A DNA stretch of 62,471 nt, the filler included, from Globobulimina sp. (lineage: Eukaryota), in the NCBI GenBank assembly GCA_003354225.1. It is 17 parts of 17 records of this genome, joined end to end, with 100 filler letters (N's around TTAATTAATTAA, not from the genome) between each part and the next. Parts side by side here need not be neighbours in the genome. Positions count along the whole stretch, not along the records: positions 36,836 to 40,415 come from PIVH01002468.1; positions 40,516 to 44,094 come from PIVH01002469.1; positions 44,195 to 47,770 come from PIVH01002470.1; positions 47,871 to 51,446 come from PIVH01002471.1; 13 more parts are not named here. One strand, given 5' to 3'. Within the stretch, counting starts at the first letter, position 1; the number at the start of each line of letters is the position of its first letter. This document shows positions 37,199-48,527 of this stretch, in pieces. A program made the translations under genes and the position numbers. The notes below the pieces were generated by a model, which saw only the letters and a program-made list of their open reading frames with translations, was not told the DNA's origin and ran no database searches.

Positions 37199-38416
37199 CT
37201 ATTTAACATCAAGAAATGTTTTTAATCTTTGCAGCAATAAATTAAATGTTGCTGTCTGTTGCAAAATATGTATTCGTGCATAATTTTGTTGTGCATTAAA
37301 TGTACTTCCTGCAAATGAATCAATTTTGTATTTTCTTAATACTTGATATAAATCCGTATTTGTATCATCAATTCCAATCCAAAAATAAAATGCAAATTCA
37401 CTATATACAATATATTTATTTTGTTGATCAAATAACGATTTTACAACATTCCATCGTGACTGTAAAACAGATCTCATTTCATTAAAAAATTTCATTTCGT
37501 TTCCAGATAATTGCTGCAAGACATTTAATACTCTGTAGGCCGCATCAATTGGCGGCAATATTTCCATCAAAGCAATATAAGAAACCATATTTTGCGCCAT
37601 GACAGAATCAGTAACAAATGCATATCCAAACCGTGACCCAGCCAATCCCAAAGATTTTGAGGCCGAAAATATCATCACATCATAATCAGCATTTTGTGTT
37701 GGATTGGTGGTGGTTGACGGCCAATTTGTTGACATATCATAAGCAACATATTGATTATTTGTATAATATCGCTTTCGCATATCACCAACGGGATTATTTG
37801 GCATTGATACAAATTCAATTAAATCTTGGTTATCTTGTTGAAAATATGAATCATTCCATAGACAAAATGATGCTTCCAACTGAGCAAAGCTTTGATATTG
37901 CGGCCAATTTGGTGTTGTTGCGAAGACAGTTAATCGCTTATTTGCTTTTTTATGAAAGCCATAAATGGCCGCATTGATGAGCTGCGTAGCTCCAACACCA
38001 ATTACGATATATTTATTTGCTGTATTCACATTACCGACTGCTTTATGTAGATTTAAAATGGCTTCTCGCAAATAATAATTAATGCCATCTTGTGCTGATA
38101 TTGCAACATTTGATGGAGGATATAATGAAGAGCCAAATTGATAGCCATCTCGATAATAAGGATCAATCTGTGCAGGGCTTGTGTGATTTTGCCAATATTC
38201 GTCAAATACCAAAGGAGTGCCATTTTTGGCGTTTAAAATACATGATGTATTTTCTGATTTGCAATGTTCACCGTAAAAACAATCAAAACAATTACATATT
38301 GTATAATTTGACTCTCTATAAACAAATCCTTGTCCATTACAACTTGCTGAAGGATCCATTGAATGCAATACATCCAACAAAATGGAAAAATACAACATAT
38401 AGAAGAAATCAACCAT
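37199..38416 (-). CDS. Alliinase / tryptophan aminotransferase (TAA1/TAR)-family PLP enzyme with EGF-like N-terminus and signal peptide
   Basis: CNGQG...CNCFDCFYGEHC, LHKAVGN...KYIVIGVGATQLINAA, EFVSMPNNPVG, PLP-lysine FSASKSLGLAGSRFG. Confidence 0.88.
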   Translation of the reverse strand: MVDFFYMLYFSILLDVLHSMDPSASCNGQGFVYRESNYTICNCFDCFYGEHCKSENTSCILNAKNGTPLVFDEYWQNHTSPAQIDPYYRDGYQFGSSLYPPSNVAISAQDGINYYLREAILNLHKAVGNVNTANKYIVIGVGATQLINAAIYGFHKKANKRLTVFATTPNWPQYQSFAQLEASFCLWNDSYFQQDNQDLIEFVSMPNNPVGDMRKRYYTNNQYVAYDMSTNWPSTTTNPTQNADYDVMIFSASKSLGLAGSRFGYAFVTDSVMAQNMVSYIALMEILPPIDAAYRVLNVLQQLSGNEMKFFNEMRSVLQSRWNVVKSLFDQQNKYIVYSEFAFYFWIGIDDTNTDLYQVLRKYKIDSFAGSTFNAQQNYARIHILQQTATFNLLLQRLKTFLDVK

Positions 38417-38532
38417 TATCAAGTCACGTTTAATTCCAGTCCACTAAACATAACACTTATTTGTACATGTTTTTGATCTCAAAATTAAAGAAACGCACAA
38501 AAAAACAAAAGAAACACTCACACACATTTTAT

Positions 38533-40415
38533 TTACGCAACAAAGACAAATCGAATGATTGCCAAAACAGTGGTAACCATGGCCGTCGCCATTGTCTTCA
38601 TCAAAGCACCGGATAATCCTAAACCAAATATCTTTGGATGAATGCTATTTTGTTGCACTTTATAATACGCCAACATCAACAAATCCAAATAATGATCAAA
38701 ATCCTCCTGTAATGACCTCATTTCTTTCCATTTCTCTTCTTCTCGGTGTTGCTCATAAAAGTACTGCGCCACTTTTTCTTTTAATTTTTTTAATCTTTTC
38801 TTGTATACATTATCTTTCTTATTCCGTACCTGTTTAATTTTTATTTTTTCTGTTTTTATATCCAATTTATTCTCTTCCTCACTCTCAACAATTATATGCT
38901 GTATGCCGCCATCACCAGAATCATCATCAGATTGCATATCAAAATTTAACATTTTGCCTAAAAACTTATTCTCAAAATCAGTTTGCTTATATTTCTTTTG
39001 CTTTCTGTAACGTTTACTCCTTTCATGCAGCAATGTGTATAACCTATCCCAGGCACCGACATTTAGCTCAATCCAACCCATTGGACCGGTAAACACCGCC
39101 GTTGTCAATGCCTCTGATCGAATACAGCACATTTGATTCACCAATGCATACTGCTGCCTCCTCTGTAATTGATCAAATTTGGTGCCTAAAATGAATACTT
39201 TGAGCATCCAAAACATGTTAATTATAAACATAAACATTATGCACAAGAAAGTGGCAGAGATGCTCTCTTCCACGGACTCGCCGGCATTGCTAAACAGTGT
39301 CAACACAACAAATCCAGCCTGGAGTATCATAATGATGCAGAAAAATAAAATAAATAATTCTAATTCGGCGAATAACTGCCTCCCTTTCACATAAGCGTAG
39401 CTCCTGATTTCTAGCCAAGATATTAAGTTTTCTGGGTCGTCGAGTGACAAAAATTCAAATCCAGAACCATGATATGATGGTTTCTTTGTTTCTTCCTCAT
39501 CCGTATTATCCTCCTCATCTTCGGTGTTTTGGGCATCACCGGGTATCTCAATCAATGTCGTTACATCAAATATTAAACTCTCATATTGCTGGAAATATGA
39601 ATAAAATGCCTTATCAAATACATACTGCGCTAATGCTATCAATACGAAATTACTCATCATAGCTCTTACAGCAACATAGGGATTATCCCGACTAAGAAAT
39701 GGTTTATTTTCAGCTAAAACTCTGTGTAATCCAGGAATTAATGAATAAACAATGCCAATGATTATAAAAAATGAGGTTTTGGTCCAATTTACCTTTCGTT
39801 TTGATTTCGAAGCATGATAAAATGTGTACGAACGTAGAAATACTTCAACATTTGTATGGATAATGTCGTTATTATACGATGTATCTTTATAATGTAAGCG
39901 AAAGGATGTTCTATCTTCATCAGCAAACATAACATCTACATCGGGCTGTATATCCACTCTGTGACCGTACCATGAACCCATCATCAACCAAATGATGACA
40001 AACCATAACAAACCACCAATGCTCTCAACGTTTGACACATCATTTTCCGATTCATCCTCAACAGTGAGCCAATACAGAAAGTTATAACTTAAAAACGTTG
40101 CCAATAAAACAATGGAAAAGGCAATCAGCGTTCGAATGATTTTCTGAATATTTGTTTGTCGGAAAAACCAATCAATTTTGAAGATACCTCTGCCATTCGA
40201 GCTCTTTTGGTTCAATAACGATCTCAAACCCGTATTTATTGCAGATTCAACAGCAGGGTCAGGCTGACTGCGCGGGAATATTGGATATAAAAAATCCAAT
40301 AAGAAAGTACCATATTGGCTAATGCGATAATTACTGACTAATTTGGACAAGCCTTCATTGGTTATGCCCCATTCAGCGCAGTAACACCAAAACATTGTGG
40401 TTTGCATAACTACCA
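38533..40415 (-). CDS. Multi-pass membrane protein of unknown function, 5'-truncated
   Basis: 624-aa ORF with about 7 hydrophobic segments. Confidence 0.7.
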
Positions 40416-42144
40416 NNNNNNNNNNNNNNNNNNNNNNNNNNNNNNNNNNNNNNNNNNNNTTAATTAATTAANNNNNNNNNNNNNNNNNNNNNNNNNNNNN
40501 NNNNNNNNNNNNNNNCCCCCCCAGTGCCATCGATTCCCCCCCCCCACCCCCCCCCGGCGGGGGTGGCCCCCAAGGGGGTCGTGGTCGCCCAACCACATCT
40601 ATGCCTGAAATATTAAAAGTGTGTATGTAATGCACAAATTCCTGTTGACACACAATTGAGTTTCAGGGTGTTGGCTTTCCTGCGTCCACGGTTCAGTTGT
40701 ATCGCTTAGCAGAGCGCACTGGTGACAGAAAATCCAGAGTCACTGGTTTTCCAGTAGGCCGATCTTATAAATCCTTGGTCGATGGCTCCATCATAAAGAT
40801 GAAGGGTGTTGATGATCCATTCCGTGTTTTGTGGAAAAATAACAACGAATCCTCATACTTTGCGCGCCGATGCCGTGACGATGGGGCATTCATAGCTGAC
40901 CCTCATTCATGGGCAATAATACCATTCGAGCGATTGGAAAATTATAATGTTTGGGGTGGGGACAAAATGGATAAATTTACCAATCAGCAGAAACTGGATA
41001 AAACTAGAAAAAGGTACAACATACTAATATTAAAAGTACTACAGTATTACAGTATGACTAAGATTGATGTTAATTTTACTGTCTTTGGTATGGTACCATA
41101 CTGGCTTAACATTTCAGTAGAAATAGTTTGGATGCTCTACCGTTGGGTGCCGAGTTCAGCTACTTCAACATGGACAAAACCACGACAACCAAGAATAAGT
41201 AAGGTTTATTTTCCCATTTTTTTGCGATTGATTTGATACGCATGGAGGTTATTGATTGAATGGGCTGTAGGGCAGAATTGGTTTTATGAAAATTCTTGCT
41301 TGCTTCATATTCTTTGCTTCGATCAGAATAGGCAGCAAGTAAAGCAAAGAAGCAATCAACATGAAGCAAGTAAACATAGAAGTAGGTTAGTATAAGTAAG
41401 CGAGTAAAGTAAACGTACTGTAATAAATATGGGCATTGAGGTTTGCGGTGTCAAAAGTGTGCAGCACCTGGCATTTGCAGAGAATTGATTTTACACTATT
41501 TAGTTTTTTTACCGAATTTATTGTACATACTGTCTGTACAGTACTGTATGTAATATACTTTCAGGAGTCTTCTAAATGCCGTCGAATCTGACCGGCAATC
41601 TATTGCCTCCTCTGAAACATCTGGGACGTCACAATCAAAAAACACCAAGCCATCACGGGGTAGACCAAAACGGTAATGTAATGTTCATTTATTTGTTCAG
41701 GCGTTTTGGGGGGAGTGACTCTCCCACACCCATTTTCGGGACTCGAAAATGACGATTTTTGGGGCCAAAATCACAACTTAATGCTTGTATAAATCGCTCT
41801 ATTTTCGATCACTTCAAAGCAAATCCCTTAAAAACGACTAAAAATGGCCAGATTCTATAAAACCAAGATGACCGACAGAGAACTTAACTTTCGGTTTTCA
41901 TTTTATTGATTGATTGATTGATTGGTATTATTATTTTCAGCGTCAACAAAGTAGCGGAAGGGGATGATTCGGCGTCGAACACATCGGTTACCTCAAAGTC
42001 TACAAAAAGGAAGGCGTTAGGAGACCCAACAATGGACGGTGACCAAGAGAAAAAAAGCAGAGCAAATGGAAAAGACACAGGGTAAGGTTTAAGGCAGGGG
42101 GCAAAGATTTTTCGGTCAAAAATAGAGCACCCAGGTGTACTGTA

Positions 42145-42709
42145 GTTGGTCGGCCGTCTTGAAAATCTTTTGGCCCCCCACCACTGGGTGGGGGATCGAC
42201 AACTTTGGGTGTGGGATGGTCGCCAAAAAGTATAATGGGCTCTATTTTTGGCCGAAAAATTGCCAAAACGGCTCATAATTGTCTAAAACCACCTTATTTA
42301 AGCTTCAAATAGCCATAGAATGCGTAATAGCCGAAAACGCCTTATTTAAGCTGGATGTGGATGGTGATGGAAAGAGCACATTCGTGGGGGTGATTCCCCA
42401 TTCCCCCTATGTACAATATGTATTGTACTGTATCTACTAGTAGCTAAACACATTATTCTTTCAATCTACATTTGTATTTAAAATCATATTAATGGTGCTG
42501 ACGATATATCAGACGATTAGATTTAGGCTGTTGGTATATTCTACCATTGCAACATTATTCATCATTTCATAATTTAAACGCTTTCCGCGACTATGTTTGG
42601 CCGAAAAATTGCCAAAACGGCTCAAAATTGTCTAACCACGCTGTTGGTCGACCGCCTTGAAAATCTTTTGGGCCCCTCCTCACTCCATTGGGGGAGTCGA
42701 CAACTTTGG
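42145..42709. repeat. Two-module repeat in permuted order (B-A ... A-B)
   Basis: Module A TTTGGCCGAAAAATTGCCAAAACGGCTCAwAATTGTCTAA at 42247-42286 and 42596-42635. Module B GTTGGTCGrCCGyCTTGAAAATCTTTTGG...TCGACAACTTTGG at 42145-42208 and 42643-42709. Confidence 0.8.
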
Positions 42710-44194
42710 CCCCACCACCATAAATGGTATGGATGTACATTTGGGATTTGCGCAGTGCACGAACCCAGATACATAATGTATCGATGCTAGTGTATGGTGC
42801 AAAAATGAGCCACATCAGGGAAAATTAGTAAATTTGAATTGAAATACATTGTATGTACATATGTTATGTACATGTAGTTACTTTTGCACAGCACAACAAC
42901 TTCAAGTACAAATGTACAGTATGTACATATACTGATTACTGGCACATTTAATATATACTGTACTTTTTTAATTATAGTGATAATACGTATACGGTTCAAA
43001 AATCTGCTGCCGAAGCCGAATTGGAACTGTCGAAAGTGAAAGTTAAGTCGATGGATACTGTGATGAGCACCCAGTACATGGCTTTAGAGGCCGAGTAAGT
43101 CAATATCTATATTTGAAATAAAAAGGCAGATGCCGATGCAATAAGCCGTAAAAATTCTGTCATTTTAGAAATAAAATTCCTTGTACAGTACGTACATTAC
43201 TCGATTATAAAATTATTTTCAGAAATCAAAAGCTTCGGGAGGCGTACTATACATTAAGAACAGAAAAAGACTTGCTTCAAAGTGAATATGAAATGTGTAA
43301 AAATAAATGTTCTACTATCTACTCAAATATCCAAACTCAGTTGGCGAGTCTGCAGACTTCACATGCGTCTAACAGTAATCTGAAAGAATTTCTGATAGAA
43401 AACTCAAAATGCCATCAATATCTGACGACCAAGCTTGGTGAGCTGCTTCCATTCGTAATGCAACTTGTTGGAGTGCAGGGTTCAAATCAGGTAGGTACAA
43501 TATATTCATTATCGTACAGTACCATCATACAGACATGCACACACACCATTTTTGTTAATGTTGCACAGATTAGTATTTAGCTTTTTTCTCGTGACCCGTG
43601 CGAAATAAAATTTCAGAAAAATACTTTTTAAGATCAGTTTCTTTCGCTCTTTCTTATGATACTAAACTTAAATAGTAAAAAGGTAAAATGCACAAATTCG
43701 TATTGACGCTCTGACGCACATTGGAATTTGCTCGGACTTTAAATGGAAATTACTCTTTAAATATACAAAAAAATAAAAAATGCATCCATTTAAAATCAAC
43801 TTGTCAAAATGTTAAACCCCCTTTAACGAGGTTTTAATTTAATTACAATCAATCAATACAGTTGCAGGCATTTGATGATACATTGTCCGGTCAACGTGGT
43901 GATCAATATCTTGCCGAGCCGTCGGAGACGCCCGAACCAAATCCCCAACAAGAAGATCTTGACATTGAGGCTATTCTTGGACCCCCCACTGTCTGTCAGT
44001 CAACAAGTCAACGTAGGGCCACCGACCAAGAAGTACATGTTCATAAGATTAATGTCGACCGCATTGGTACTCCCATAAAAACAATTGTCAAAGANNNNNN
44101 NNNNNNNNNNNNNNNNNNNNNNNNNNNNNNNNNNNNNNTTAATTAATTAANNNNNNNNNNNNNNNNNNNNNNNNNNNNNNNNNNNNNNNNNNNN

Positions 44195-44648
44195 CGGAAT
44201 ATTTCGAAAATCAATATTTCGCAAAACTATTGTAAATAAAAATAAATCCAAAATTAAGACAAAACATACAAAAAATGTATCGGTTGATTATCGATCATCG
44301 TTATTATTTATTGATAATTTACCAAACAATGCGGACGAACATGAGTTAAGAGTACATTTCTTGAAATTCGGTGATGTAGAAAGCATCGATTTGCTATCAA
44401 ATGGGAAAAAGGGCAAAGTTCAATTTAAACAAAGAAGTGATGCACAAAAAGCATTAATTAAAGGGAAAAAATTTAAATCAAGTACCTTAACATTAACATT
44501 TGTTGAAAATTATAATAATAATCACAATATTGGTGATAATGATGATGGCGTGATTGAGGAAACTAAAAATAACAGCAAGGAATTAAAAGTATATGAAAAT
44601 TTACCGGAGACAAAACATGTAAATGTCATTGACAATGTCAAAATGTAA
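44195..44648 (+). CDS. RRM-domain protein, 5'-truncated
   Basis: SLLFIDNLPNNADEHELRVHFLKFGDVESIDL...KGKVQF.....AQKAL. Confidence 0.75.
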
Positions 44649-44899
44649 TGTAATTTGTAATGTTGTCTTTGTTCTCGTTTATTTACCAACTACTATTCGT
44701 TTCGTAGCAGTGACATGATGAAGTCCAACGAATCTTAACGATGAAGATAACCCCTACCTCCTATCAATGAGCAATTATACTTTTTTAGTTGATCGATGAC
44801 TAAGGTCATGTGGTGGTGCCAGTGGTTAGCAACATAATAAAAGAGAAGAAAAAAAAAGTTTATTACACTATAAATTAATGCAATATGCAGTATCAAACA

Positions 44900-45709
44900 T
44901 CAAATGAATCCTTGAGATAGTTCTTGTAACAGTCGAAGATCATGAACTGACAAACTTGGTATTTTTCGAACTACGTAGACTGTTTGTTTTAATATATACA
45001 GCTCCAATAACACTGACACCACACTTAATGCCACCATTAACCACGAGAAATAATAATAAGCTAAAAATACTCGAAACGCAATTGACAATAAAATAAAAAA
45101 GGCATATATAAACTATGTATAATTATATATGCGATTTTGCGTAAACTATTTAATTAAAACTAAAACTAAATACTAAACTAAAGGGACTCTCTGTAGTCTG
45201 CGGGCCCCAATAAAGCCACAAATGGCGAGAGGAATACCAATAAGGAAGAATTGATTATAAATTGCAAATACGATCATTAATGCACAATCTATTAAAGCAA
45301 AGATTTTTATTAGTCGGCAGGAGCGCGACATTTCCATCACATCGCTCATTGGCAATCCCTCCTCATTTAATAAATCATTGTCATTATCATTATCATTCAC
45401 CATATGATTGATTGGCTGCGTCAAAGGTTGGCTCAATGTTGTTTCTGTTTGTGGCTCAATACCAATGTCAATGTTAATATTAATAGTACGCCTAATTACC
45501 ATATGAATGGTTTTACCATCCACTAAATTTGAATAATCACTTATTTTAGCATTGTCAACCAATTCTATGGCTGAAAATATTAACCTTTGTTTATTTCTTG
45601 CAATACTTGTAATTTCTTCAATTTTCGATTTCAATGCAAACACTAAATCGGATGCTTCAATTTCCACAAAAAACTGATCACCAGATAACTGTTTCACATT
45701 TAGTTTCAT
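44900..45709 (-). CDS. Ubiquitin-like domain membrane protein, intron ~45114-45178
   Basis: MKLNVKQLSGDQFFVEI...LKSKI.......QRLIFS..EL.D...ISDY..L.DG.TIHMV, followed by about 4 TM helices across two exons. Confidence 0.8.
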
Positions 45710-45829
45710 TTTTGTTGGGGACTACGATGACTAGCTAGCTAACTAACTTCAAGAAAAGATTTTATGCTATAATTTTAATTTACATTACTATTAATAACTT
45801 GACAAGATGTGTTTTTTAATTATAATTTT

Positions 45830-47710
45830 TTATTGGGCAGCATCGTTTAATTCCTGTTGATCGTCTTGATCGTGTTGATAAATATCAATATCATTTATAT
45901 TAATTTTCTTTTCTTTTAAAAGTATAAATTTATTTTTTAATGAATTAATTTGTATATTTTTTTTATTTAAAATGTCTTCTAGTTCTTGAATATATTGCGT
46001 TTTTATGAGTAATTGGATTTCGGATTGCAGATATTTCTGAGTGTACTCCTCTGCCCTTTGGTTTGCATCCATTAATTGTCCCTGCAATACGCGAAAATCA
46101 GTTGAAGTAAACCGTCTTCGTGTATTTGTCTTTTGTTTCCGTAAATATTGTAACTGTTCACGGAAATTATTGATCTGTTGTTCCATTTCTTGTCGGCTTA
46201 CAATTCGATTTATAACAGCTTCGTTTTGTATTTTTTTCGCCATTTCTCCAAATCGTAAGGTTGATATCGTCTCTTCGCGATTATATTCATGCGGCGAAGC
46301 TGTGCAAATTATCATTGTCAAGGAATTGCCGCCCAACGAATCGCGTAATAACTTTGTTAGCACAGAGTCTTGATACGGAACAAAGGCTTTTTTCTCACTC
46401 AACGCCCGTATTACTTTTTTTATTGCAAATAGCGACTTTACAATTTTTTTCGCCTCGTTCAGTCTTTGCCCCGTTGCGCCAGTTTTGGTCAATTTTTCTG
46501 AACCCGCCAAATCCGCAAAACTTATCTTATTTATTTGATTTGTTCCGTCGCGAAGTGTGATTTCTATTTTTAACTGAATTATGCAATGCGATCGCGACGA
46601 TGTTTCATTTTGTAGGGTTGAGGCGGTCGCCCTATTTTTATCACAAATCTCTATCAATTTACACAAATCTACATAACTTGAAATGTCATGCCACGATAAA
46701 TTGATTAACTCGCTCCCCATTCCGACATATCGCAATTGTATTTTTAAGCGCGGCCGAATTAAATCACGCAACTTCTCCTGGTAAATCTCGATGAATCCCG
46801 CCTGAATCGTAAAAAATGCAATATCGCAGTCAGACGACAACGAACAAAATAAGTCATTCAAAATTCGCGGAATTAAACCATCCTCGTTCTTATTTATAAT
46901 ATATTCTTTTTCCTTTTCTTCCTCAAAAGTAATCTCATATTTATCGTCATCGTCATCATCAACTACATCATCATTATTATCATCATTTGGCTGCTGATTA
47001 TAACCAAACATTGTGTGTGTTTTGCCTGTTCCCGTTTGCCCGAATGCAATGATGGTACAATTATAGCCTTTGATGATATTGTCAATAAGCGGCAACCCCA
47101 ATTTTTGAAACACATCGTCCTGCGTTGTATTTGGTTTTAATACTTTATCCATTTCGAATATTTTTGATTGATTGCCAGATTTTTTAAACGCAATAACTTT
47201 ATTTTCATCATATTCCAATGGTTTTTTTTCGTTATAACATGGTAACTCAATCAACCATTCGCCATTGACTTTACGTCTTCGAAATCGTTTTTTATACTGA
47301 TTTAACTGAATAGTTTCTAACCATTCACATATTTGATCAACATTCAATTCTTTGACTGGTACTTCATTATTTTGGTTGGTAATTAGTTGCAATCTCTGTT
47401 GTAAAAAATAATCATATTCGTTGTCGTCCATATCAAATTCGTTACGAAATAACAATCTATGTTCGATTTTCTTTTCTCTCTCATTTATCGGTCGAAACCT
47501 AATGACAACCTGAATATTATACGCCTCCTCCTTTTTGGATTCTTGTTTTGATTCTTCCAAATTATTTATAATCAAACCCTTTCGCAGCATTCCAATAATT
47601 GATTTTCTTGGTGCAATATTTGAATGTTGGACATTCAAATTAGCCATTTTATTATTCACATTTCTATTTTGATTCATATCCAACAAATCTTCCAATTTCA
47701 CTTTTTTCAT
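45830..47710 (-). CDS. Kinesin motor protein (kinesin-1-like motifs) with a SAM-like insertion
   Basis: IQVVIRFRP, P-loop GQTGTGKT, FIEIYQE, NETSSRSH, DLAGSE, VPYQDSVLTKLLRDSLGGNS, ETISTLRFG; C-terminal coiled coil. Confidence 0.95.
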   Translation of the reverse strand: MKKVKLEDLLDMNQNRNVNNKMANLNVQHSNIAPRKSIIGMLRKGLIINNLEESKQESKKEEAYNIQVVIRFRPINEREKKIEHRLLFRNEFDMDDNEYDYFLQQRLQLITNQNNEVPVKELNVDQICEWLETIQLNQYKKRFRRRKVNGEWLIELPCYNEKKPLEYDENKVIAFKKSGNQSKIFEMDKVLKPNTTQDDVFQKLGLPLIDNIIKGYNCTIIAFGQTGTGKTHTMFGYNQQPNDDNNDDVVDDDDDDKYEITFEEEKEKEYIINKNEDGLIPRILNDLFCSLSSDCDIAFFTIQAGFIEIYQEKLRDLIRPRLKIQLRYVGMGSELINLSWHDISSYVDLCKLIEICDKNRATASTLQNETSSRSHCIIQLKIEITLRDGTNQINKISFADLAGSEKLTKTGATGQRLNEAKKIVKSLFAIKKVIRALSEKKAFVPYQDSVLTKLLRDSLGGNSLTMIICTASPHEYNREETISTLRFGEMAKKIQNEAVINRIVSRQEMEQQINNFREQLQYLRKQKTNTRRRFTSTDFRVLQGQLMDANQRAEEYTQKYLQSEIQLLIKTQYIQELEDILNKKNIQINSLKNKFILLKEKKININDIDIYQHDQDDQQELNDAAQ

Positions 47711-48527
47711 CCGAACTTTCTTTTTTTTTTTTTTTTTTTTTGTTTTTTTTTTTTTTTTTTTTTTTTTTTTNNNNNNNNNNNNNNNNNNNNNNNNNNNNNN
47801 NNNNNNNNNNNNNNTTAATTAATTAANNNNNNNNNNNNNNNNNNNNNNNNNNNNNNNNNNNNNNNNNNNNAATATCATGGTTGCAAATATGGAGGTTATT
47901 ACAGTGTAAAATGTTGGTGATTTGCGATACGCTGACGAATGAAATGTATGATATAATCTAGATAGACATAGAAAAAATAGATGCGATATAATAATGCCAT
48001 TAAAGATAGTATATTCGTCCATAAAATTGACACAGAAACAATGCAAATTATCAGATTGATTAACAATAAATTTAGCTGAATGATACCGAATGCAGCGCAA
48101 ACATAAAACATATATTTGAATATAAATTTCATTTTTCTCACCTTCCTAAGTTTTTGATGTCCTATGATTGTAATACAGAAAGTTATAACCAATCCCGTAA
48201 CAATGAGAATCCACTTTTTTGTTGTTGAATGCAGTTATTTAGCAGTTCCAGAAATTTACGAAGTTGTACCTCGATGATTTGCAAACTAATATGCCTTGGA
48301 CATACAGCGTCCATTAAAGCAAATGCTATATGTTTTTTTTTCACTTGAGTTTTTAGATTTGATTGTGATTCATCACCATATTTGCAGGTGTGTGCGAGGA
48401 TAATTCAAAAGTATTTATATTCATTCATACTGTACAAATACAAAATTTACAGTACTATTCATTAAAATACAGTATTTACAAAACACAACATTTACAAAAC
48501 ATTACACATTTCATACTATACTTACCG

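Noticed and set aside
47720-47770. Poly-T run at the contig end as a retro-element tail
   Set aside because: It is a low-complexity contig terminus and probably the cause of the assembly break.
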